Shown here one piece after another: positions 38,125-47,062 of a stretch of 64,000 bases of DNA (position 1 is the first letter of the stretch; each line of letters opens with the position of its first letter). A program made the position numbers and the translations under genes. The notes under the pieces are model-generated. The model worked only from the letters and a program-made list of their open reading frames with translations, had not been told where the DNA came from and searched no databases. Where the stretch lies: sequence record NC_019538.1; one strand, written 5' to 3'.

Positions 38125-38916
38125 TTATCTAAAGTCAAGATCACTGAATGGGTCTTTATTAGTTTGACCCTTAACAAATGGTTGATATGGAGCTTCTGCA
38201 ACCGGGGCACCAGTACCAATTAACACATCAAATTCTTCTACAAAATCATCTGCTTCGTCAGAAACAAAATCATCTTCTTCATATTCAAGAATAGATGTAT
38301 CAACTCGTTTATCGAGTTTACGAACCGGATCAAGTGCTGGGTTCATAATATAATCAGATGGACTAAACTCGGGTTGAATCTCTTCACCAGAATATATGAA
38401 TTTCTGTGCTGTAATTTTATACAGTGTTTCTTGTCCATTTTGATAGAATGGGTTATTTGGTTCAACCCAAGTTACTTCGAAAAGGGCATTATTCATAGGG
38501 AAATATATTAGGTCTCCCTCTCTTGCCTTCTCTCCATCACCTTGTCTATTAAACAGTTCTGGGGATACGGAGAATTCGGCTTCGTCATTTACACTCATAC
38601 CAAATTTTGAGAAAAATTCTTGACGTCCCTGATACCCCTCAAAGTTTTCCAAATACATAGCAACCCGGAAAGCGTTGTTGAATTTGGATTGCATATCTTC
38701 CCCGTATAAAAGGTCAAGTTTAACTAGTTCTCTTCGAATATAGAAAACTTCAATGCCTTTCATTTGGATTGCTTCTGACATTAAATGTCTAGCAAATGCT
38801 TGTGTATAGCCACAACCATAATTATTAACATGAGGATTCAATACTTCTTTTTTATTAGTTGAATCCTCATATCCAGAACCATCTTCCAGTCTGGCAAATA
38901 AATTAGAATCGTACAT
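38125..38916 (-). CDS. 14: neck protein gp14
   Basis: LFARLE..SGY, EAIQMKG, FSKFG....DE, EGDLIYFPM.N.LFE.TWVE. Confidence 0.95.
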   Translation of the reverse strand: MYDSNLFARLEDGSGYEDSTNKKEVLNPHVNNYGCGYTQAFARHLMSEAIQMKGIEVFYIRRELVKLDLLYGEDMQSKFNNAFRVAMYLENFEGYQGRQEFFSKFGMSVNDEAEFSVSPELFNRQGDGEKAREGDLIYFPMNNALFEVTWVEPNNPFYQNGQETLYKITAQKFIYSGEEIQPEFSPSDYIMNPALDPVRKLDKRVDTSILEYEEDDFVSDEADDFVEEFDVLIGTGAPVAEAPYQPFVKGQTNKDPFSDLDFR

Positions 38917-38919
38917 ATA

Positions 38920-39840
38920 TTACCCCATAATAATTGGATCTGGACCAGCTAACAGAAGCAATTCCTCTCGAAGGGTCTCAATTTCTTGTTTGGCTTCTTG
39001 AATTAGTCTAGTTCCATCAACAGTTACTCCACCGGGGAGTTGCATCCCTTGGTGTTTAGCCATTATGTTCCCCCAAACCTCTTTAACGAACGCTGTGGAC
39101 ATATCTTTAACCCACCTGTTGTTATATACCTTCTGATCTGGGAAATCGTTCCTTGCGCTTCCTATGACACTTTGGGGGAGTTTCTTGTATGGGTTAGACC
39201 ATTTGTTTTCTAAATCCGATGCAGGTACACCGTGACCTATTGGTAAAGCACTACCTATATCGTTAAATGCGTATTCGTCGAGGTCTACGAAGTTTTGGAC
39301 ATATGCTTCAATAACCATCACATCACCTTTTTTGAGGTTGTTGTGTGTGATCTGTAGAATCCCAGATTTGGTATCAAAATCATAATCCGGTAGTGGATTT
39401 AATTGGTCTTGTAGGAGTTTCTGATATGAACTAAACGCAGCAAAATACCCAACGGAACCGATTGTTCCAAAAGGACCATGGTAGCAGGAACCAACGCCAC
39501 TTGTTGCTAACCCAGTAATGAAACTAGCAAACCAGTTTAGAGGAACACCACCACCCAACAGAGTCATATTACCGACCATACTACGCAGAATTCTAGTTAC
39601 TGCGAATACTGGGTATTCACTCAGATCGATATATCCGGTCATGGCTTGTTCTTCGGTTAGAATACAGGTTATAAAGGCCCGGTTTAGTGCGTCATGGTGG
39701 TAATCTTTATAAAGTTCAAGAGCCCGCCCGATACTGTCATAGATCTGAGTTTCTGTAACCTCAATATTTATAATTGGAGCACCTAACCGACGAAGAATAT
39801 TATCTTTTAGTTCTTTAGGGTTATTACAGGTATTATACAT
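38920..39840 (-). CDS. 13: neck protein gp13
   Basis: NPKELKD.ILRRLGAPIIN.EVT..QIYD.I.RALE, YNNRWVKD, GMQLPGGVT.DG. Confidence 0.96.
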   Translation of the reverse strand: MYNTCNNPKELKDNILRRLGAPIINIEVTETQIYDSIGRALELYKDYHHDALNRAFITCILTEEQAMTGYIDLSEYPVFAVTRILRSMVGNMTLLGGGVPLNWFASFITGLATSGVGSCYHGPFGTIGSVGYFAAFSSYQKLLQDQLNPLPDYDFDTKSGILQITHNNLKKGDVMVIEAYVQNFVDLDEYAFNDIGSALPIGHGVPASDLENKWSNPYKKLPQSVIGSARNDFPDQKVYNNRWVKDMSTAFVKEVWGNIMAKHQGMQLPGGVTVDGTRLIQEAKQEIETLREELLLLAGPDPIIMG

Positions 39841-39877
39841 TTTATCTTCCTTTAATAGTTTACAATGGTATTTAGAG

Positions 39878-39911
39878 AAAAGCCCCGAACGAATAAACGA
39901 ACGGGGCTTTT
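39878..39911. terminator. terminator hairpin at the end of the wac operon
   Basis: AAAAGCCCCG ... CGGGGCTTTT. Confidence 0.7.
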
Positions 39912-39913
39912 AA

Positions 39914-40057
39914 TTATTGTTCTTTATTTTTGTTAGCCTCTTTATCTTCTTCATTCTGCTTCTGTTTTTTGGTGATTGCTTCCGCCGCCACCTTAAGCAA
40001 CTGAGTTAGAATTTCGAGACCTATTGTCCTAAAGAATAAAAGTACAGCGGTTTGCAT
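39914..40057 (-). CDS. small amphipathic/charged peptide (47 aa)
   Basis: Read by hand: MQTAVLLFFRTIGLEILTQLLKVAAEAITKKQKQNEEDKEANKNKEQ; AAGGGG SD. Confidence 0.6.
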   Translation of the reverse strand: MQTAVLLFFRTIGLEILTQLLKVAAEAITKKQKQNEEDKEANKNKEQ

Positions 40058-40068
40058 TTTAATGCCCC

Positions 40069-41565
40069 TTAAGATATTTGGATCCTAGTTGAGCGAGTGG
40101 TTACTTGACCATAACTGTTCTTATAAATGGCGTAATAGAAAATTGATGTGTCGAGGGTTGGGGTAACTTCTATCTCTAGATTTTTAGAATTACCTACTTC
40201 AACACCCCTTGAGGTTTTCCATTGAACCGTGGAAAATCTATCACAATCCGATTCTATCACAACCGTATCACCAACTTGCGCGTTATATATAACTTGTGGT
40301 TGTTTCGTTATTTTAGGCGCAACCGTACTCCACCAAATTGTATCACCGACGATATCAAGAACCAGTTTTCCATCAGTAGATACCAATTTTCCATTACCCT
40401 GATTTGAAATATTAAATAGATGACTGTTTCCATCCATGTAAATTTCAAATTGTTCAATGGTGATGTTATTACTATTTAACCCGAATACAGTATTGAGCCC
40501 TGTATCAAGACTAAGATATGGATCTGTTATTCTTGCGTAGACTTCACCGTTTACATACAACCTTATATTTTGAGCAAATCCGTTAGATACATCAAACCAA
40601 ACGGCCACACCAATACTGTTATTTCTTGGTAATGGTCTTTTCAATGGTTTGGTATGATAAACACCATCAGGAGTTTTAACCCAGAATGTGTTAGTTTCTA
40701 GATTTATGCCCATACCAGTAGAAATATCACCAACGTTTTTTGAAGCTATCACTAGTTCTGTAGCGATATCGCCAATAACAAGGCCACCAGAAACTTTATG
40801 TGTCTTGTTCGCAACCATCAAAGAACCAGTGGTAGAGAATCCAGCGTCTCCATTTAAAATGATTGCTTCGTTGGTTAAAACGTGAGGGGTTGGTTGATAA
40901 TCAATCAGGATATTTGTATTTGTAACCATAGGTGAATCAAAAGAGAAATCACCATTTGTGTTATATCTAACTCCAACACCAAAGTTAAATTGTATTAGAC
41001 AGTCTTTCTTTGCGGTAAAAGTAGAGTATATACGGGTTCTCTCTTCACCAATTAATGGATTATTATCAAATTTCGTTTTGAATGTTAGATAATTATCAAT
41101 GGGTTCCCCATTATCCATGTATATATCAGCAAGTACACCACTATGAACCAACGTAAGATCGTTGTTTTTAACCATAACACTTGCGGTATAAGTTTTTCCA
41201 GCCTTTAACGAAATACGGGTTTGGAAGAACATTCGACTATCAATAGTTCTGAATGTATATCCTTTCGTATTTTCATTATCTTGGTTGAAGCTTATAGCAA
41301 AAGCATTATTTCCCGTATTTGTCGAGTTATTATAAACGGTATAGCAGGGTGGAACGTTTCCAATAACAACCCCGTCAGAATAACAAAAAATATCAGTACC
41401 ATTCAACATTCGACTATTTGCTAATAGGTTTTCGTCTCCAAGATCATAAGCTCTATGCCATGCCCCATTAGAAAAAACCCACGGTACGGATCTATGCCAG
41501 TTATTTTTATAAATGGATGGGATGGTGTCATGCACCACCCCATTTTTATACACTTTGTTAGCCAT
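40069..41565 (-). CDS. multidomain virion adhesin candidate (fibre-tip-type N-terminus, CBM/ConA-like modules, C-terminal Ig-like domain)
   Basis: N-terminal KVYKNG..IYKNNW...WVFSNGAWHRAY; ENLLANS; VAVWFD..IRLYVNGEV; APKITKQP..VGDTVVIE..VQWK..YYAIYKNSYG Ig pattern. Confidence 0.6.
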   Translation of the reverse strand: MANKVYKNGVVHDTIPSIYKNNWHRSVPWVFSNGAWHRAYDLGDENLLANSRMLNGTDIFCYSDGVVIGNVPPCYTVYNNSTNTGNNAFAISFNQDNENTKGYTFRTIDSRMFFQTRISLKAGKTYTASVMVKNNDLTLVHSGVLADIYMDNGEPIDNYLTFKTKFDNNPLIGEERTRIYSTFTAKKDCLIQFNFGVGVRYNTNGDFSFDSPMVTNTNILIDYQPTPHVLTNEAIILNGDAGFSTTGSLMVANKTHKVSGGLVIGDIATELVIASKNVGDISTGMGINLETNTFWVKTPDGVYHTKPLKRPLPRNNSIGVAVWFDVSNGFAQNIRLYVNGEVYARITDPYLSLDTGLNTVFGLNSNNITIEQFEIYMDGNSHLFNISNQGNGKLVSTDGKLVLDIVGDTIWWSTVAPKITKQPQVIYNAQVGDTVVIESDCDRFSTVQWKTSRGVEVGNSKNLEIEVTPTLDTSIFYYAIYKNSYGQVTTRSTRIQIS

Positions 41566-41576
41566 CGTAAACCCTT

Positions 41577-44500
41577 TTAGTTGATGAATTCGAAGAACAC
41601 ATCACCTTCTTTAGGACTGGTCGGTGCGTCTGTAGCAAAATCACCGTAGTAATAAGCTCTTGTCCACTGACCATCTTGTCTTACGTACTTGTTTCCGTCT
41701 GCTGGTGCTTCGAAACTATCCTTTGTGAGGACTTTATCGTTATTGATTGTTACCTCAGATGCGGTAATACGAACCGGTAGACCGGTATCACCAATTGCGA
41801 TAAACTTTTCTGTAGAAGGTTGCGATATACTAATTATGTTCTTATCGACATTATTTACCCGTGTGGTAATACCGAAACTATTATTAGCACCTACTTCTGC
41901 AAGCTTGAGGTTAGTTACCTTACCGTCAAACTTCATGAACGTTCTACTATCACCAATAACCATTAGCTTATCGACGCCAACTGTATCTACCTTGGCTACG
42001 TTATATCCACCAATGATGAAATCGCTGGTTTCACCAACAGAAACATCCTTGGTTGGGTCTATACCGTCATGGATTAGAGTCCATTGTCCACCCTTACGAG
42101 CGTAGAAATTAGCGTTGTTTGGTGCGTCGTGTGCATCGGTCCAAACTTTCTTAGCATCAGAACCAACACCAACAAACAGATTACCAGTAGAATATACACT
42201 CACTGGTGTGGCTGTGTCGCCGATCACTATTTTGGTTTGGGTACTTTCTAAAAGAGACCCATAAGATGTAGAAATTTTACTTTCTAATTTGAAGTCGGAT
42301 ACAGTACCACGAAGGTTTATTTTCCCTGTGGTTCCACCAATTCGAGTTGTTACGGTTGCAGAGTCAACCGTAAATGCAGTAATCGTACCACTATTGGTTT
42401 TTGCCATTATAGATACGTTTTCTGCTAGGGTTATATTCCTTTCACCAACAGCTTGCCAGAAACCAACACCATCGTCATTAACCCGAGCGTATGCCAATCC
42501 GGATTGTGGTGCATCACCGATAATACCAGTACCAGACCCACCCTGTTCAACGACCATCCATTGGTTGTTCTTACGAGCGTAAAAACTACCATCTGCGGGT
42601 GCGTCCATGCCTTGGTGCCAAACCTTAAACCGGTCTACCCCAGTGCCTTGAATATAAAGATCCGTTGCAAATACGTTAGTAGTTTCAACATCACCATATG
42701 TCAGTATCCCACCAAAGTTATTGACCACGTTTAGATGTTTACCCATACCAACATTCATCTTAAACGCTTTATCTTGGTCCATGACCAATTCGCTAACTTT
42801 ACCCTTGAATGCAAGGTTTGTATTAGCAGAACCAATATTTATTGTGGTGTTATCTAATTTAATAACATCTGCACCAGCATAACCAATTACCGCATTTTGG
42901 TTTAGGGTAAATCCATTCTCTGGGTTGACGTCGGTAATATATTTTTTATAGTTCCCGATATGCAGAACATCAAATTCGCCGGTTGGTGTGTTATATTTGA
43001 AAGAATCGATGTCCTTACCAACCATAACTATATTCTTATCACTCTGACCAACTTTTATAGTTTGATCGGTAGAACCAAGAATAGTTTTCCCATATTTTCT
43101 GATATCAGAGGTTGTATCAAGAGAAATATTTCCGATAATGTCACCGACGATACGGAGTTTGGTTGTTCCGTTGTGACCAAAGGTCGGGATATATTTCCCA
43201 TCAGAACCAGTAGAATAAGAAACAAGGGTGGTCCCGTCGATAGCGGTAATCTTATTGTTATCACCAACCACAAAGTTAGTGGTAAAAAGGTCTCTCCACA
43301 CCCAGTTAGCACCATCATATTCTCGCGACCATACAGAACCAAGACGAGTTTCTGTTGGGTTGGGAATGTATCCAGCACCATTCTTATAATCGCGGTACAT
43401 CTGTTCATACATATCTTTCGATGCTTGATATGAACCAATTCTACGGTAATCGTCGTCGGCGACGTTTTTTGTCCCCTCTACCTTGATAACCAAACCTGTG
43501 TTTGGATTACCTACGGTATTTTGTAGATCCTCAATAGAAGTTCTATATTCGACGTTAACAGTAGTTGATATACTCGAAACACGACCATCAAGATCTTCGA
43601 AATGTTCTTTCTCTCTCTGGTCTACTTCTTTAACTTTTCCCTGCAATCCATCCAGAGGACTAGACCCTAGAATACCTTCGTTATTCTCCATACGGACACG
43701 AAGATCATTAATTCTACCCCAAGCGGTGGTATCCAGTGTGGAATCACTAGCAGAACCAAGAGAACGAGCCAAGTCATCAGACAGACCTTCGGTTTGTTTG
43801 GCGATGCCACTAATATAATCCACGTCTTTCTTGACATGTAAAGAATAATCGTATAGATTACCTACTGTTTGATAAGAATCTGTTTGTACATCAAGGTATT
43901 GAAGAGGGAATTCACCGTATCCAGTGTGTTCTACAAGTTCTTGAACTAAAGGTGAATTTGTTTCGTCAGCCATTTCTAAATCGCTGATACGAGAATAAAT
44001 GTTCCTAGTTGGATCCGGGTCTTGTCCAAGTTCGGTTCTAATCTGGTTAACTTCTTCCCTCAAAGATGCAGGGGTGGAGTCTTCCCACCATTTTTCAAGA
44101 GAAGTAACGCGAACATCAAGATTAACTCCTGTGTTATAGTTACGTTCGATTTGACCTTTTACCCCAGAAGAAAGTGAACCGGGTGATGGAACTCCATCAA
44201 TATCAAAATCTTTATAATTACCCAACATTTTTTTGATATGAAGGTCATCTGCTCGGAGAGTTCGGAATCTAAGAGATGGATCACCAACTCCGATATTATC
44301 TGAAATTGACTGGATTTTTGCGTCGAGGATCACGTCGGTTTCTTTGATGTCTTCAAGGATCCCACTATGGACATCCATTTCTGTTTCCAAATCGCCGACT
44401 CGTTGATATAAATCTCGTCCGTCACCAGCATTAATTATATCATCATGAATATTCACCTTGTCGATAACTTCCGACATCTTAGAAAGGATTGTTTCTTGGT

Positions 44501-44702
44501 TTTTATCCAATGTCTCTACGTTAGCAGAAATTTGAGTAGAGGGGCGGTTTAAAACGCCCCCTTTATCACCAACAATAGTCGGATCCGCACCTTGCGGTTG
44601 CTCACCATTTTTAATCCATTCAACCTGTTTTTGACCAGAACCAGCAACAGGCATATCAGAAGTATATTTCAGGTCATCCAATACAGGTTTAATAATTTCC
44701 AT
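41577..44702 (-). CDS. wac: fibritin (Wac), greatly extended, 1041 aa
   Basis: L.Y..D.P..G.GQ.Q.EWIKNGE...GA...G.LNRP, segmented coiled coil, foldon-like motifs; located between genes 12 and 13. Confidence 0.92.
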   Translation of the reverse strand: MEIIKPVLDDLKYTSDMPVAGSGQKQVEWIKNGEQPQGADPTIVGDKGGVLNRPSTQISANVETLDKNQETILSKMSEVIDKVNIHDDIINAGDGRDLYQRVGDLETEMDVHSGILEDIKETDVILDAKIQSISDNIGVGDPSLRFRTLRADDLHIKKMLGNYKDFDIDGVPSPGSLSSGVKGQIERNYNTGVNLDVRVTSLEKWWEDSTPASLREEVNQIRTELGQDPDPTRNIYSRISDLEMADETNSPLVQELVEHTGYGEFPLQYLDVQTDSYQTVGNLYDYSLHVKKDVDYISGIAKQTEGLSDDLARSLGSASDSTLDTTAWGRINDLRVRMENNEGILGSSPLDGLQGKVKEVDQREKEHFEDLDGRVSSISTTVNVEYRTSIEDLQNTVGNPNTGLVIKVEGTKNVADDDYRRIGSYQASKDMYEQMYRDYKNGAGYIPNPTETRLGSVWSREYDGANWVWRDLFTTNFVVGDNNKITAIDGTTLVSYSTGSDGKYIPTFGHNGTTKLRIVGDIIGNISLDTTSDIRKYGKTILGSTDQTIKVGQSDKNIVMVGKDIDSFKYNTPTGEFDVLHIGNYKKYITDVNPENGFTLNQNAVIGYAGADVIKLDNTTINIGSANTNLAFKGKVSELVMDQDKAFKMNVGMGKHLNVVNNFGGILTYGDVETTNVFATDLYIQGTGVDRFKVWHQGMDAPADGSFYARKNNQWMVVEQGGSGTGIIGDAPQSGLAYARVNDDGVGFWQAVGERNITLAENVSIMAKTNSGTITAFTVDSATVTTRIGGTTGKINLRGTVSDFKLESKISTSYGSLLESTQTKIVIGDTATPVSVYSTGNLFVGVGSDAKKVWTDAHDAPNNANFYARKGGQWTLIHDGIDPTKDVSVGETSDFIIGGYNVAKVDTVGVDKLMVIGDSRTFMKFDGKVTNLKLAEVGANNSFGITTRVNNVDKNIISISQPSTEKFIAIGDTGLPVRITASEVTINNDKVLTKDSFEAPADGNKYVRQDGQWTRAYYYGDFATDAPTSPKEGDVFFEFIN

Positions 44703-44735
44703 TAGTTTTTACCCCATTCGTTTATATATTAGTAT

Positions 44736-46091
44736 TTAGGTTGTTTGGTATATGTCATTAACACCCCAAACATGCCATATAATACAGTTGTCACCCGTGG
44801 TATGGAAATAAGTACCATTGGCGTTAAACCTACCAATCCACCAAGTAGAATCGGTGTCCGCAATCCACCAAGCGTTGGCGAAATTATCTTGAAGGATAGA
44901 AATTTGAGCCTTTGATATATAGTTAGACTTCATATGTCTACCATCATCCCCAGAGGATACAACTATTAACCCATCGTAATTCCACCACGGCTGTGACATA
45001 TTAAAGTCACCACTTTTATGACCGCCATATGGAGCAGCATTAAAAATCAATTGTCTATCAGTTCTATTAAGAGTTACTGCACTTCCACGATTAACCTTTC
45101 CATTTATTTGGTTTTGTTTATCCTCAAATGCTCCAACCGCCCAATCATATCTCACAACCGCATTAGGTGAACCATCTTGGGGATTTGTAAGATATATATT
45201 TGGGGTAATCAACGCACCGGTCATTGTTCCACCGGTTTTTGCAACTAAGGTTGTTGCTCCATGAGAACTTAACGCTTTATTCGTTGCCCCTTGTACAGCA
45301 ACGTCTGTCAATGCAACAATACCCCACTGGGAAGACGATGCAATCGGAAGAGTTGCGGGGCTAATGGCTACGTCAGTTGCAGTACGGGCATTAGACTCGG
45401 CTTGCGTTGCCATTTTTACTGTACCAACTCTTGATTGAGTTGCACGAGTCTCAATAAAGCCTTTCGGACTAACTGCTACACCGTTATGCAAAGCCGCATT
45501 GATTACTGGGGATGGGGAAATCTTAACTATCCCAGAGGTCAATTCAGTTGCGCCAGAATTTGCAGTAACTGCAAACTTATCTATCATTGCCTTAACAACA
45601 TCAGGACTTGTTGCAGTAGTTGAATCAGTCCCTTGTTGTCCAATGGTAATCGTGGATAATTTCAACGTACCGGCTTTTGTGGTAGAACCGATTGCTTTTG
45701 TTCTGATGATATCCCATATACCAGCCGTATTAATGCCTATAGAGGCGCTTGCTGCTGTTTCTAGACGTTCCGCGCTGGTAGCGTACCTAACTAGACCCTT
45801 AACCGTTTCTGATGCGTCTGGGCGCACCCATTTGGCTTGTAAGGTCTTGGGGGTAACGATTGCATCAGCCACTGTTCCTGCCAATACTTCCGCTTCCGTC
45901 GCAATCCTGAGAATACCCATTTTTGTTTCGGTCGCTTTCATATCCTCATACCTTCCAATTGCATGGGGTTGTATGAGTTCAGCCATTTTTTGTACATCTT
46001 TAGTCGTTGCTGGGAAATTAGTGGTGCTAGGATCTAGCACCACATCAACAGCTTTAGAACTAATATGTTGTTCTGTATTATTAATCATCAT
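44736..46091 (-). CDS. 12: short tail fibre gp12
   Basis: NNT.QHIS..A..V.LDP..TNFP....DVQ; ATETKMG.LRIAT repeats; divergent C-terminal domain. Confidence 0.9.
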   Translation of the reverse strand: MMINNTEQHISSKAVDVVLDPSTTNFPATTKDVQKMAELIQPHAIGRYEDMKATETKMGILRIATEAEVLAGTVADAIVTPKTLQAKWVRPDASETVKGLVRYATSAERLETAASASIGINTAGIWDIIRTKAIGSTTKAGTLKLSTITIGQQGTDSTTATSPDVVKAMIDKFAVTANSGATELTSGIVKISPSPVINAALHNGVAVSPKGFIETRATQSRVGTVKMATQAESNARTATDVAISPATLPIASSSQWGIVALTDVAVQGATNKALSSHGATTLVAKTGGTMTGALITPNIYLTNPQDGSPNAVVRYDWAVGAFEDKQNQINGKVNRGSAVTLNRTDRQLIFNAAPYGGHKSGDFNMSQPWWNYDGLIVVSSGDDGRHMKSNYISKAQISILQDNFANAWWIADTDSTWWIGRFNANGTYFHTTGDNCIIWHVWGVNDIYQTT

Positions 46092-47062
46092 TAACCAATC
46101 CTTTTCCAGTAATAAAGTGTTGTTACCGTGGTATCAATTGCGACTTTATCTTCTTTGAAAAACATTTCCCAATATCCGTAACCATAAGATGCAGGAGATC
46201 CAACAACCCAATCGACGGTCATCCCATATTCAGACCATGGTTCTGGTGTATGATCACGAAGATCTCTATATGTGAAGTTTATAGAATCACTAGAAAGTTT
46301 AGTAACATCCCTCACATATAAACCATCTACTTCAAATTGTTTAAGTAAGTCGAATACTTTATCTCTAACAAATGTCGGACTTACACCATCTGCAACTTCA
46401 ATTCGAGTACCAAACACATCAAGAACAACAGGCATACCAGAAATTGGAGATGAAATAGCACCAGAAAAGGTTAATGTGTCGATTTGTGGTTTTCCGCTTG
46501 GGTCTGTATTATCTATATTTATGATGACAGAACCTTTATTAAGTCTTCCCACATATGCAGCATCGGAAATTGCGTTTTCAACTGTCTTGAACTTGTTATG
46601 ACTTCTGGCATCTTGGATTGTTAGGTTACCGATACCACCAACAACAGATAGTGTCTCTAATGTCGGGTCTCCATTAAACTCATGGTCTGATGCTTTCCGG
46701 CTCTTAATCATAGAAGCCATTCGACTTCTAGTCATATCTGTGTTTGTTCTACCGTCAAACATAGTCACGGTTACAACAGACGAATCCAAAGAACTTAGTT
46801 CCGCACCTGACGTGGAATTAACTTCTTTAACACGACATCTGAAATAACCATGATTATATGATGCGTTTGATGGAAGAACCCTTAGATTATCAGTTGCCGC
46901 ACTAGCATCAACAACAGCAGTCCAAGCATTGCTATCTACGGAAGATTCCCAAGAATATCTAAGTTCTGCATCTACGTTGTTTGTACTTGCTAAAATAGAA
47001 AGCTGGTAGGAACTACCAGCATAATATGTTAGGCTTCTTGGTTGTTGAAAAATACTTATCAT
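46091..47062 (-). CDS. 11: baseplate wedge / tail pin gp11 with an N-terminal Ig-like domain
   Basis: C-terminal two-thirds match gp11 (SRKASD, ENAISD, QID...FSG, VFG..I, GYG.W, YYWKRI); ATG 47062 overlaps the gene 10 stop. Confidence 0.85.
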   Translation of the reverse strand: MISIFQQPRSLTYYAGSSYQLSILASTNNVDAELRYSWESSVDSNAWTAVVDASAATDNLRVLPSNASYNHGYFRCRVKEVNSTSGAELSSLDSSVVTVTMFDGRTNTDMTRSRMASMIKSRKASDHEFNGDPTLETLSVVGGIGNLTIQDARSHNKFKTVENAISDAAYVGRLNKGSVIINIDNTDPSGKPQIDTLTFSGAISSPISGMPVVLDVFGTRIEVADGVSPTFVRDKVFDLLKQFEVDGLYVRDVTKLSSDSINFTYRDLRDHTPEPWSEYGMTVDWVVGSPASYGYGYWEMFFKEDKVAIDTTVTTLYYWKRIG

